In this document: piece after piece, positions 33,187 through 45,818 of the stretch
Numbering within the stretch: position 1 is the stretch's first letter
Layout of the letters: each line of letters opens with the position of its first letter
Source of the DNA: Piromyces finnis finn
Taxonomy: Eukaryota; Fungi; Neocallimastigomycota
Direction: 5' to 3'
Assembly: GCA_002104945.1 (NCBI GenBank)
Contig: MCFH01000010.1
Span: 1-64,000 of the forward strand
Length of the DNA stretch: 64,000 bases
Position numbers and translations under genes: made by a program
The notes under the pieces: model-generated
What the model was told of the DNA's origin: nothing
What the model saw: the letters and a program-made list of their open reading frames with translations, nothing else
The model's database searches: none

Positions 33187-33460
33187 TGAAAGAATAGAAT
33201 TTAGCTAGAACTTAAATTACTAATAAAAATTTATATTACTAATATTAAACTTTAATTAATAATAAAATTATAATGTAATTACTAATGTAATGTTTCTTAG
33301 AATAATCGTAACATATAGTATTACTAATTTACATTAGCCACATACTTTAGTATAAAAAGGAATTTGTAAATGTATTATTAAAATCTTTGTAATTACCTTT
33401 ATTAAATTAAATTTAATAAACATAATAAATAAACTTTATTAAACCTAAATTTACTTTTCA
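33187..33460 (+). repeat. Copia A 3' LTR
   Basis: Direct repeat of the 5' LTR, followed by TSD ATAAT. Confidence 0.95.
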
Positions 33461-34220
33461 ATAATATTGATATTTAATAATCACTATTTAATTATTATTT
33501 AAATAATGATAAATGAGTTAAAAAATAAAATAAACCTTTTTTCAAAACTAATATTGATTATTTTTTTTTTAAATATTATATCAATGTGTCACTAATAAAA
33601 TATGTAAGAAAGCAATATTTTTTTTTTTTTAAAAAAAAAAAAAAAAGAAACCATACAGATTAAAAAGTAAAAATTATAAATATATAACAATGTTTAGATT
33701 TTGTATTAATTACTTCAATTAATCTTTTGATGTTAAAAATACAAACTGTTTGTTATTAATATTAGAATTTATAATAGTAATCATGTATTTTACAAAAAAA
33801 ATAGTAAAACTTTTATAAAGATATTTTGTTCTTTTTTTTTTTTTTGAATTTTGTTAATATTCTATTTCAAGATTAATTCTTTTGTAGGATAAAATTAATA
33901 TTAAAGGTTATTTACTTGGCTATTTTCCTTTTCTTATAATAGTATATTAAATTTTAAATTTTATTAAATATATTATTTAATAACTATTAATGGATCAACT
34001 TTAATTATTATTATTTTCAAAACATTTTTAATTTGAATAAATTAAAATTCCCTAAACTTTATTTTAATGCTTAATATATTATTATAAAATTTATTAAATT
34101 GATTTTTTATTGAAGTATTATTATACATATAAAATAAATATAAAATTGTTATTCTTTTTAATAATTTTTTTATTTGTACTACATAAAATTAAATAGTATA
34201 ATATATTTAACAATACATAT

Positions 34221-34477
34221 TATTAACAACCAAAAGAATTAAATTAAATTTATATTATTAATTTATTACATTGTTCTACAAACCCATCAATTTATGTATT
34301 TGTATTAATTTAATGTATTTGTATTCAATATTTAGTGGTCTAGAATCAAGCCACAAATTGTATATAAGAAAGAAATTTTTTTTGTATTTTAAATTTTCAT
34401 AGCTATCATATATTAATAATTTTAATATATTAATAAACTTTAAATATTATAAAACAAAATATAATATACAGTTTATA
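34221..34477 (+). repeat. Copia B 5' LTR
   Basis: TATTAACAACC...CAGTTTATA, repeated at 45819-46075. Confidence 0.93.
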
Positions 34478-34602
34478 GATTAAGAGTCTCAACTTACTGA
34501 AAAGGAAATGTTTTCCGAAAACCAATTATCCCAAAGCGACCGCTTGAACAAGAACAACTATGATGAATGGCAGTTCCTCATCGGCAACATCCTGAAGTCC
34601 AA

Positions 34603-35208
34603 TGTAAAGATATCAAACGCCTCTGTTTGATATCTTTAATGTAACTTAAGCCACAAGTATTATTGTTTAAGTTACACAAATTATATTCAGAAAAAGAAAA
34701 TGAGACATAATTTATTTATTAATAATTAAAGTTTAAAACAAAATAAATTATTAATTTATTTTTAATGTTTAACAAGCAAATTAATATTCTCAATTTAAAT
34801 CCCTAGCTTTAGTATTGTTTTTTTATAGAAATAGATAAATAATAAATGATTAATATATCAATAATACATGGGCACATATTCAAATTAAATAGTACTTAAT
34901 TTGAATTGCCAATTGTATTTTACTAAAAATAGTTATAGTTTAAATATTTATTAATAATTAAGATTTTAGTGTAGATTTTAAATAATAATATATAAGAAAT
35001 AAATAGTTATAATATAATATAAATGTATTTAGGAAAAATATAAATAGAAGATATTTTTCATCATTTTATCGATGTAATTGTTATTATTAAAATTCTATTA
35101 TAATAAAAGATATTTTATAAAACAATTTTTTATTTTATTTTTTCAAAATCTTGTGTTATTGTAATAGAATAGATATCCTAATCTATTCTTTCAGTGTTCA
35201 ACATTACA
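34603..35208 (+). repeat. Chromovirus 5' LTR
   Basis: Direct repeat of 40299-40904. Confidence 0.95.
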
Positions 35209-35219
35209 ATAACAATTAC
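35209..35219 (+). promoter_or_regulatory. Putative self-priming PBS (Tf1 type)
   Basis: ATAACAATTAC directly after the LTR is the exact reverse complement of LTR-internal GTAATTGTTAT (35074-35084), which lies about 35 nt downstream of TATAAAT at 35039. Confidence 0.78.
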
Positions 35220-35239
35220 CTAACATACAAATAAGAGTA

Positions 35240-35392
35240 CGTTAGGATATCTTGGATAACTACTGATAACTTTGGGAACTACCAGGTATTTTGGATAACT
35301 ACTGATATCTTTTGAAACTACCAGATATTTTGGATAACTACTGATATCTTTTGGAACTACCGGATATCTTGGATAACTACTAGTGTCTTTGT
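35240..35392 (+). repeat. About 39-bp tandem repeat (about 4 copies, 19-20 bp subunits) in the chromovirus leader
   Basis: Recurring TTGGATAACTACTGATATCTTTTGGAACTACCAGATAT-like units, followed by an A46 tract at 35502-35547. Confidence 0.8.
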
Positions 35393-35497
35393 GAGCTACC
35401 ATTTTTATAAATTTATTCTATTATCTTGCTCGACACTGTAACATACAGAGAGAGTCTGAAGCAACGTTTTAGTATAGATTTTTCTTTAGTTACTTTG

Positions 35498-35549
<52 letters not shown>

Positions 35550-35618
35550 ACTTGCTTGTAATAGTAGCAGGAAACAATCGGTAATCTTAATTTTTTCATT
35601 TAGTGTCTAGTTGGTGAA

Positions 35619-38600
35619 TTGGAGGAATTAATAAATATATTTGATAATTGGAATTTGGAGGAAATGACGGATAGAATGGAGAATGCTGCTGGGAATCATG
35701 GAAGCATTATTAATGCTCCACCATTATTCACTGGTAGGCAAAGGGAATTAGATGGTTTTTTAACCAGAGTGGAATTGGTTTTCCGAACTCGACCGGCACT
35801 GTATAATACAGATCGCGTCCGGGTTGACTTCGTTATTTCCTACTTCTCTGGGAAACCGTTGGAATGGGCTTCATCACTAATGCGGAATAATAGTGGGATA
35901 TTAAACAATCATGATGAATTTATAGATCGTTTGAGGGCTAATTTCGGATGTGACCGTTATGATACTGTTGTTGCGAATGGTAAATTAGACAACATCCGAC
36001 AAAAAAAACTTGGATATGTTGTTGATTATATTACCGAGTTTCAAAGAATAAGCCAAAATTCAAACTTTAATGAAAGTGCAAAGATCTATATGTTTCTGAA
36101 AGGTTTAAACCCACAGTTAAGAGAAAAGTTGGCTTTTGTTGAAACCAATCCAAATTCAATGGAACAGTTAATATCTTCAACAATTTTGGTTGAAGATATG
36201 ATGAAAAGAAATTCTTTAAGTGAATTCTATTTTAACAATAGGATTGCGGGAGATCCTATGGATGTTGATGTTTTTAAAATTAGTGCGGATAGGAAACGTA
36301 AGCGTTATATCAACATTCAAGGATCCAGCGGTCGTTATGAGGAGAGATCAAATAATTTTGAAGAAGAAAGAAAAAAGGGTGTTTGTTTTCTTTGCAAGAA
36401 ACCAGGACATTTGAAATTCAATTGTCCTAATAGAGTTAAACCAAAAAGAGTATTCCGGATTATTAAGGAAAAGACTCCTAGAATTGCTAATCCAAGGATT
36501 TATAAAGTGGGAGTCATGGATAGCAAAAAAGACGTAAATATTATCGATTTTTATTTAAGTACAAACAATATTCCGGAAGTTAAAGTTAGAGTGTTAGTTG
36601 ATTCAGGATCCGAATTAAGTTTTATTAATCCTGAACTTGCTAAAGAAATTGGAATTCATTTTGAAACTGTTGAGCCTTTCCGAGTTTCAGGAGTTAACGA
36701 TGGGATTTCTTGTGTAATGGAACGGAGTGAAAAGTGCATATTAAGATGTAGAAATCATTTTGAAACTATTCAATTATATAGTTTAAAGGTTCCTGGTGTC
36801 GACGTAATTCTTGGACTACCATGGATTTAAAAGCACAATCCTGAGGCTTTTTATGATTCCAAGAAAATCAATTTTAGTTCGGGATATTGCGCTAGACACT
36901 GTAACCATGGGAAAAGAAATAGAAAAAGTAAGAAGAAATCTAAGAAGGACGAATTAGACCATGAAGTCCTCGACAAAAGTATTATGAAAAAATCGGCTAA
37001 ATCCATCGGTCTCTCGGATAATGCAAACACCTCGAATAATGAAGACAAGGAGTACGTTAGAGGACGCCTAGTAAGAACTATTAATGATGAAGAAGACAGC
37101 GAAGATGACGGAGACAATTATAATAAAAAAGTTAAATGTATAATTAGTAAAATTAGTGAAACATGTAATAGTAATAATAAATGTAATTATGAATGTAATG
37201 AAAATAGTCTTAGTTTAATAGAAACAAAGATTAAGAATAATGAATTAAATAAAGAAAAAATGGTCACCGTACCATCCGAATATATTGAATTTTTAGAAGT
37301 GTTTAACGAAAAAAATTGTGAAGTGTTACCTCCTCATAGACCTTATGATTGTGAAATCAAGCTTAAGGATGATTCAACTTTATTTTATGGACCCTTGTAT
37401 CCATTAACTGAAGTTGAAAGAGAGGAACTTAAAAAATATATAGATGAAAATTTAAATAAGGGTTTTATTAGGAAATCATCGTCTCCTGCAGGGGCTCCAA
37501 TTTTGTTTGTTAAAAAGAAGGATGGCTCCCTGAGACTTTGTATTGATTATAGAAAGTTGAATGACATTACCATTCGTAATTCATATCCTTTACCTTTAAT
37601 TAGTGACCTTCTGGAAAGAGTGAAAAATGCTAAAATTTTCACTAAATTAGATCTCAAATCTGCTTATAATCTTATTCGTATTAAAGAAGGTGACGAATAC
37701 AAAACAGCTTTTCGTACTAGGTATGGTCATTATGAATATCTAGTTATGCCTTTTGGATTAAAGAATGCACCTGCAACTTTTCAACACTTTATTAACGATG
37801 TTCTCAGTGATTACTTAGACGATTTTGTTATCTCGTATATTGATGATATCCTTATTTATTCTAATAATATCGAAGAGCATCATGAGCATGTTAAAAAGGT
37901 ACTTAAGAAACTACTTGAAAATAATCTTTATGTTAAATTAGAAAAATGTGAGTTTGATGTTGAGAAAACCACTTTTCTTGGTTATGTCATTTCAAAGGAT
38001 GGATTGCAAATGGATGAAAATAAAGTTAAAGCAATTCTCGATTGGCCGGTTCCCAAGAATGTTAAAGAGGTTCAGTCTTTTATTGGTTTATGCAACTATT
38101 ACAGAATTTTTATTAAAGACTTTGCTAAAATTGCAAACCCTCTTCACAAACTCACTAGAAAGAATGTTGCTTTTAACTGGGTGAAAGAAGATCAGGACGC
38201 TTTTATTTTATTAAAATCTCTGTTCACGTCAGCTCCTATTCTGAAACATGCGGATAGTAATAAACAATTTATTGTAGAAACTGATGCTAGTAATTATGCT
38301 GTCGGTGCTATTCTCTCTCAAGAATTTGATGGCAAATTACATCCTATTGCATTTCTTTCTAAAAGTTTGACGAGTTGTCAAAGAAACTATCCTATATATG
38401 ACAAGGAACTTTTAGCTATTGTAATTGCTCTTGAAGAATGGCGTCATTATTTAGAAGGTGCACGCCATCCGTTCATAATTTATACTGATCACAAGAATTT
38501 AACATTTCCTAGAAAACCTGAAATGTTATCTCAGAGACAAATTAGATGGAATTTGTTCTTATCCAGATTTGATTTTAAACTCATTTATAGAGCTGGAAAG

Positions 38601-40262
38601 AAATCCGGTAAGCCTGATATCCTGTCTCGTAGAAGTGACCATTTAGAGAATAATATTAATTCTGATGTTTCTTGTCTTACTATTTCGTTTCATCATAGCG
38701 ATAACAAACCGTTAATCGATTCTATTTTATTAGAACTTAAAAATGACGATTTGTATAATTCTATTGTCCAATTTAAAATGAATGGTTCTGCATGTAATGC
38801 ACCTATTAAAAATATTGATAAAGTTATTATTGATAATGAAGGATTTTTGTTATATAATAATCTTATTTATGTTCCTAAATCTCTTAGGACAAGAGTTTTG
38901 GAACTTCATCATGATTCTGTTGCTGCTGGTCATTTCGGTATTAAGAAAACCACTGAACTGATTTCCAGAAACTTTTGGTGGCCAAGGTTTCATTCAGACG
39001 TTAAATCTTTTATCAAATCTTGCGTGACTTGTTGAAAATCCAAAGTCCCCAGACATAAGCCTTATGGACTATTATCCCCCTTGGGCACTCCCAGTAGGCC
39101 CTGGTCTGATATTTCTATTGATTTTATTGTTGATCTTCCTAAGTCCAGAGATATGACAACTCTCATGGTTGTTGTCGATAGATTTACTAAATTTGCTCAC
39201 GCCATTCCTTTACGTTGTCTTCCTACTGCTTCGATTGCTGCTGATGCTTTTATTGCTAATGTCTTCCGTTTGCATGGTCTTCCTGATTCCATCATTTCTG
39301 ATAGAGGCTCGCAATTTACTTCTGACTTTTGGTCAAGACTTTGTGACCTTCTTAATATCAATCATTCATTATCGACTGCCAACCATCCGCAGACAGATGG
39401 TCAAACGGAGAGGGTGAACGGCATATTAGAACAATATTTCCGTTGTTTTATAAATAAAAAGCAGAATAACTGGGTTGATCTTATCCCATTTGCTGAATTT
39501 GCATATAATAATACTTTACAACAATCTATAAATCAATCCCCATTCTTTGCTAATTATGGTTTTCATCCAAAGTTCAGCTTAGAAATTCCAGCTAATGATA
39601 GACCTAGTAGAGCTGAACAAAGAGTAATTGATATGAATGAAAACTTTAAATTATTAAAAGAAAACTTAGAAAAAGCAAAAGAAACATATAAGAAATATGC
39701 CGATATGAAGAGAATGATTCCCCCGGAGTTCGAAGTAGGAAAGAAGGTATGGTTATTGAAAGATTCTCCTGGAACTAACCTAAAGAGAAAATTAGCACCT
39801 CAAATGCTTGGTCCATTTGAGATAATTGAAAAAGTTAGTTCTCTCGCTTTCAAATTGAAACTTCCAAAGACAATGAGATGTCATCCAGTCTTTCATGTTT
39901 CATTGTTAGAACCATATTTTGAAAACAAGTTTAACGACAGGTCTAATCGTAGGAAGAGGAACATTCACCTTAACACAGATTTAATTGAAAAAATTCCAGA
40001 GAAAATTGAAAAGATGAAATCTGTTAATGGTGAAACATTTTATAAGTTATCATGGAAAGGATTTGACAAATCCACTTGGATTTCTGAAGATCAGATTCCA
40101 GATAAACAATTAATACAAGAGTTTGAAAGAAACTCTAAAAAGTCAAAATATAAGTCGAACGACTCCTCCATGAAAATTAGAGAGAATAAAGTTGGTAATC
40201 TAATCAAGCATAGATACCAACCATTTGTAATTGAAATTCCTTCGAGAAAAGATTCCTTATAA
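35619..40262 (+). pseudogene. Chromovirus single-frame gag-pol with two in-frame stops
   Basis: ORFs 35619, 36984 and 39081 share one frame, separated only by TAA (GLPWI*KHNP) and TGA (CVTC*KSK). Motifs: CCHC CFLCKKPGHLKFNC, protease LVDSGS, RT YIDD, RNase H ETDAS, integrase SIDF/SDRGSQF/ERVN, GPF, chromodomain YKLSWKGFDKSTW. The true start may be the ATG at 35664. Confidence 0.93.
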
Positions 40263-40298
40263 ATTAATCTCGCAGGAGCTCGACTTAGAGAGAGAGAT

Positions 40299-40904
40299 TG
40301 TAAAGATATCAAACGCCTCTGTTTGATATCTTTAATGTAACTTAAGCCACAAGTATTATTGTTTAAGTTACACAAATTATATTCAGAAAAAGAAAATGAG
40401 ACATAATTTATTTATTAATAATTAAAGTTTAAAACAAAATAAATTATTAATTTATTTTTAATGTTTAACAAGCAAATTAATATTCTCAATTTAAATCCCT
40501 AGTTTTAGTATTGTTTTTTTATAGAAATAGATAAATAATAAATGATTAATATATCAATAATACATGGGCACATATTCAAATTAAATAGTACTTAATTTGA
40601 ATTGCCAATTGTATTTTACTAAAAATAGTTATAGTTTAAATATTTATTAATAATTAAGATTTTAGTGTAGATTTTAAATAATAATATATAAGAAATAAAT
40701 AGTTATAATATAATATAAATGTATTTAGGAAAAATATAAATAGAAGATATTTTTCATCATTTTATCGATGTAATTGTTATTATTAAAATTCTATTATAAT
40801 AAAAGATATTTTATAAAACAATTTTTTATTTTATTTTTTCAAAATCTTGTGTTATTGTAATAGAATAGATATCCTAATCTATTCTTTCAGTGTTCAACAT
40901 TACA
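40299..40904 (+). repeat. Chromovirus 3' LTR
   Basis: Direct repeat of the 5' LTR, followed by TSD TCCAA. Confidence 0.95.
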
Positions 40905-43015
40905 TCCAAGAAGATTTTTATCTACGCAAAGGAAGATGTTATAAGCTCCTTACGTGCGAAGGTCGAAGAATCAAAGCACAAGAACGGAGGAGTAGCCGAG
41001 AAAAATCTCTTAACGGAACTAGAAGATGCAGAAGCACAAGATGCTTTAGCTGCATCAATCATCAGCACCAATGTGTCCAGAGAATGCCTGGAACACATTA
41101 AAACCCTTGATACTGCATTTGAGATAATGCAAAAGTTGAAAACACTTTATCAAGGTAGTGAATCATCTGATATCCAACATTGGATGAAGAAGCTTTATTC
41201 CTTAAAGGCCAAAAGTCTAACTGATTGTAAGGATGTGCTCCACCAAATCAGTGAAATATTCTCCGTGTTGGAATCCAATAATTCTAACTTAGGAGACTGG
41301 GAAAAAACAAGGATTATTTATTATTCCTTGCCTCAATGTATGAGAACCCAGATACACCCTGATGGAACGAAGAAGATTAAGGATTTTTTAACTGAAGTCA
41401 ATAACAAAGTTAATTTCCAAATCTACCTCCAAAAGAATATCAAATACAATCAGTCGATTATCAACAACGAACAAGATGACTTGATGGACATTGACTTTGT
41501 AGGCCGAAGAAGCAAGAATGATTCCTCAAATCAATATTCCTCCAAAGCCAACCAGCAAGGTAACCAGAAACAATTATTATGCGCTATCTGCGGTAGGCAC
41601 GGTCATAAACTCGAAGATTGTGAATATAATTTATTCACAAAGAAAAACAAAGGAAAGAAGCCCACCGAACAAACTTCCAAGTCTTCCAAACCAAAGAAAT
41701 CGAAGAACAACAAAGCTAAAAACGAAAATATTAAAAAGGGAAAATCTATATCTAATATCGAGTACGACACCGAAGAAGACTCAGGGGAAATCTCTTTCGA
41801 CGAAATAAGAGCTATGTATCCAAACAATATGGATAGCATAGAAACCATAAAACCTGAGGAAGTAATGGAGGAAAAGGAAACCAATGTTTCCACAATTAAG
41901 TCCATTCAAAACTGTGAAATCGCCGACCACACAGTATGGACTTATGATACAGGTGCATCAGAACATATCACCTGTAATAAAGGAATTCTTAAAAACTATA
42001 AGGAGAATTCCATTACCATGAAATGTGCCAATAATTCAGTCTGTGAATTCGAAGGAGTAGGCACATATGATGGAACAATCAATGGTTTTGAAGTACATCT
42101 TGATAACGTGTACTATTCAAAACAAATCAATAAAAATCTTCTCAGTGGTACCAAGCTCGTTAGAAATGGAATATTTTGTTATCTCAGCTCCCAAGATAAC
42201 ACACCTATTCTCAGTTTAAACTACCACGACAACAAGAAGAATAAACAGTTCAATATTGGAAAATACACAGCCAACGAAAATAATATATTCAACATTCCAA
42301 TAATGAACAATACTAAAAAGGATCTTTCAATTGATACATTGGATGCTGTATCAGGAAAAGACGAAAACAGGATGTTGTGGCACAGAAGACTTGGACACTT
42401 CTACTTCAATGACATCAATAAGTATGTCAAGCTACACAATGAGTCGGCACCATCATGCATGGACTGCCGAATTGCAAAACTTAACAAGAAACCCAATAAT
42501 GGAATTACACCCAAAGCAAAAGATATACTTGAAATAATCCATGCAGATGTTATTGGGCCAGTCAAAACATCGTATACTGGCAAGAAATACATCCTATCAC
42601 TTATCGATGTATTCTCAAGAAAATGTTGGGTATATCTCACGGAATCCAAATCTGAAATTCCCTCAACAGTTATAAACTTCTTTAAATTCGTTTTAAACCA
42701 ATATAATAAAAATATTAAAGTGTTCAAAACAGATCAAGGCAAGGAATTCAATAATAAATTAATTAACCAATTCTGCGAAGAACATGGGATTTTAAAGTCT
42801 TTCTCACCTCCATACAATCCAGCCAACAATGGCATGATCGAAAGATATAATTATACTTTAGTAAGTTGTGCTAAAACACTCTTACTATGGAGCAAATTAA
42901 ATAATGACTTTTGGGACTTTGCGGTTATGCACGCAAACTTTATTTATAACAAAATTCCACACAGCGGTATAGGATTCCAAATTCCAGATGAAGTATTTTT
43001 CAACAATAAGGTTGA

Positions 43016-43424
43016 TGTAAAGAACTAATGTTCAATAAATAAAAACACAAATATATAAAAAGGAAAATAATAAAAGCAAATAAAAATTTTATTATTGAAC
43101 ACTTAACAAAATTATAACAGGTTAGTGTTTAATAATTTTATTTTTATTATAAAATTTCTTTGTTAATAAAAACTCGAATTCAAAATAATTTTTTGAGAAA
43201 TTTCACTCGTATTTATATAAATGTTTTTAAAAGTAAATTTATAAAAATTTTACAACTTAATTTTTTAAGCCAATCAGAAATTATCTTCTTTGGTAAAATT
43301 TCGTTATAAAATATTTTAATAATTAAAAAAAAGATATTAATGAGGTTTCGAACTCGAGTAGTTCAAACCAAGGTCTTAGTTACTAACCACTAAGACAGGT
43401 TACTAATTTCTATGATTCGTTACA
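43016..43424. mobile_element. 409-bp solo LTR inserted in the copia B integrase region
   Basis: Ends TGTAAAG...TTCGTTACA, flanked by a GTTGA duplication (43011-43015 and 43425-43429). Confidence 0.87.
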
Positions 43425-45818
43425 GTTGATCTCCGATATGTCAAGGTTTTTGGATGCGCAGCTTATTTCAAGGTCAATAAACAAAACAGAAGTAAGTTCC
43501 AAAGCAACTCCAAAATGGGGATCTTTATTGGATTCAACGAAAAATCACACTGCTACAATATCCTTGATCCAGAAACACAAAATATTCATCAAGTACGTGA
43601 AGTGGTTTTTGATGAAGCTACACCAGGAGGGGAAATTTTCAAGCAAATAACTAAAGGAGACAATAATACAATATCACACTTTTACCTTCATAACTTGAAC
43701 TCCTACAACTCTTCTCTTCCGCGCGGTCCAAAGGACCGCGCGGATCTCGGTGAAGTCTCAGTCAATGCCAAGACTTCCATAAATGGAAGTAGCAGCGCCA
43801 CCACCACCACAGGAAATATGACTACTAATACCAAAACTACTATTACCAGTAAGAAGGATTGTTCAAATAATTATTCAAAGTTCAATCCTGTAAATGAATC
43901 TGACAATGAAATTGAGGAACTAACCTCTGATTTTAGTTCTTTTTCCCTCAACGAATCGGATTATCCTGATTCACACTCAACATTTTCATTGAAAAATTCA
44001 ACCAATTCCAAAAGAAAATCCTCTTCTTCCAATAACCCTTATATTAAAAGAATGAATAATGGTCAATATTTTCCAAATCCAGCTTTTAAACGTAAATTTT
44101 CTAAGGATGACTCTTCTATTTATCATAAAAAATCTAAAACCGATTTATTTGTTACTCCATCAAAAAGAAGATTCTCTGATCCCGACTTATTCTCTCTTAA
44201 GAAAAGGATTCTACTTGATGATGTTTCTAAAAATTCTTTGAAAACTTCTGATAACCCTTCCATAAATATTATCACCGATAGTCCCCTTACCTATAAACAA
44301 GCTATTTCTGGGAAAAACAAAAAGGAATGGGTTGGGGCTATTAATAATGAATTAGATAATCTTTACTCTAACAATATTATGGAAGTTGTCAAAAGTGTGC
44401 CATATAGTAAAACCCCCATATCTACAAAATGGGTTTTTACTATTAAAAAAGATGCCTTTGGCCGTATCGATAAATACAAGGCTCGCCTAGTTGCCAGAGG
44501 TTTTACCCAAAAACTTGGCATAGATTACGAATTGACGTTTTCTCCTACTCTTAGTATTGATAGCCTAAAACTTCTAATTGCCTTAGCTTCTAAGTTTAAA
44601 TGGAACATTATGCAACTCGATATCAAGGCTGCATATCTAAACGCTCCTCTCGACTTTGCCATCTATACACACATTCCCCAAGGTGATCGCAACTATGGCA
44701 AAGGATACTGGAAACTAAATAAGGCACTCTATGGCCTTAAACAATCTGGCCGTCAATGGAACAATACTTTTTCTTCTTTTCTATTAAATAACAAGTTTCT
44801 ACAATTATCGTCAGAACCTTGTATATTTATAAAAAAGGCTGGTAGTAGACCTCCTTCATGTATAATCGGGTTATATGTTGATGATTTAATCATCACAGGT
44901 ATCGATAAAGAAATAAAATGGATTGTCGGAAAAATCAAATCAAAATTCAAAATCTCAAAATGCAACCCAATCGATTATATTTTAGGTATAAAAGTAGAAA
45001 AAGAAAATTTTAGCTACCATATATCCCAAGAAAATTTCATAAAGGAAATATTAAGAAAATTCAATATTAACAAAACAAGAAAATCCAGAACTCCATGCAC
45101 CGGAGAAAACTTCAAGAATCAAAATAATACGCCATTCAACAAAACAACCTATAAAAGCGCGGTTGGTTCCCTAATTTACCTTTCAAAATGCACTAGACCG
45201 GACATTTCATATGCAGTAAATAAGGCTGCTAGATACTCCGAAAACCCAACTGCAACCAATTGGAAGAGTGTTACAAATATTTTAAAATATTTAAACGCTA
45301 CAAGCCAATACAAAATTTGCTACGACGGAAAGGGTTCAATACAAGCCTATACAGATTCCGATTTTGGCGGTGATACATCTGATAGAAAATCAACTTCAGG
45401 ATGTATCATTTTAATGGGAAAAGGTCCCATATTATGGCAATCTAAAAAAACAAACAACGGTTGCCACTTCGACTGCAGAAGCTGAATATGTAAGCACAGC
45501 CGAATGCACAAAGAAAGTTCTTTGGGTTAGAAATATTCTCAAAGAAATTTTCAATTATAACAAACCAATTACCATTTTCACTGATAATTTGTCAAGCAAA
45601 ACAGCAATTGAAAATGGTCACTTAAATTCAAAATTAAAACATATTGATATAAAATATCATTTTAACAAAGATAATATAAAAAACAAAAAGATAATTCTTG
45701 AATACATTCACACTACTAAAATGCTAGCTGATGCATTAACCAAAGATGTGAACGGTCCAAAAATGGATAACTTTACAAACCAAATATTTAATAAATGAAA
45801 TATTGGTTTGAGGAGGAC

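Larger units (their letters stand above)
27818..33460 (+). mobile_element. Ty1/copia LTR retrotransposon (copia A), full length, carrying a solo-LTR insertion
   Basis: 274-bp LTRs at 27818-28091 and 33187-33460 (TG...CA, no differences seen by eye), TSD ATAAT, PBS at 28092-28105, PPT GAGGGGAAG before the 3' LTR, domain order gag-PR-IN-RT-RH. Confidence 0.97.
34603..40904 (+). mobile_element. Ty3/gypsy chromovirus, full length, inserted in copia B gag
   Basis: 606-bp LTRs at 34603-35208 and 40299-40904 (TGTAA...TTACA; one C/T difference seen), TSD TCCAA, PPT AGAGAGAGAG before 40299, domain order gag-PR-RT-RH-IN-chromodomain. Confidence 0.97.
34508..45798 (+). pseudogene. Copia B gag-pol, split into 34508-34602, 40910-43015 and 43430-45798
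   Basis: Removing the insertions restores GNILKS-KKIFIYAKE and NKVD-LRYVKVFGC. Motifs: CAICGRHGHKLEDC, WTYDTGASEH, HADVIGP, TDQGKEF, YVDD, YTDSDFGG. A +1 frameshift lies in an A7 run near 45450 (WQSKK-QTTVATSTAEAEY). Confidence 0.92.

Noticed and set aside
35220-35402. CRISPR-like array or YPKYLVV repeat peptide
   Set aside because: No unique spacers, eukaryotic retroelement context, and the peptide is just the antisense reading of a tandem repeat.
45440-45490. Programmed frameshift before copia B RNase H motifs
   Set aside because: It is a single extra A in an A7 run inside a conserved domain, more likely a mutation or homopolymer sequencing error.
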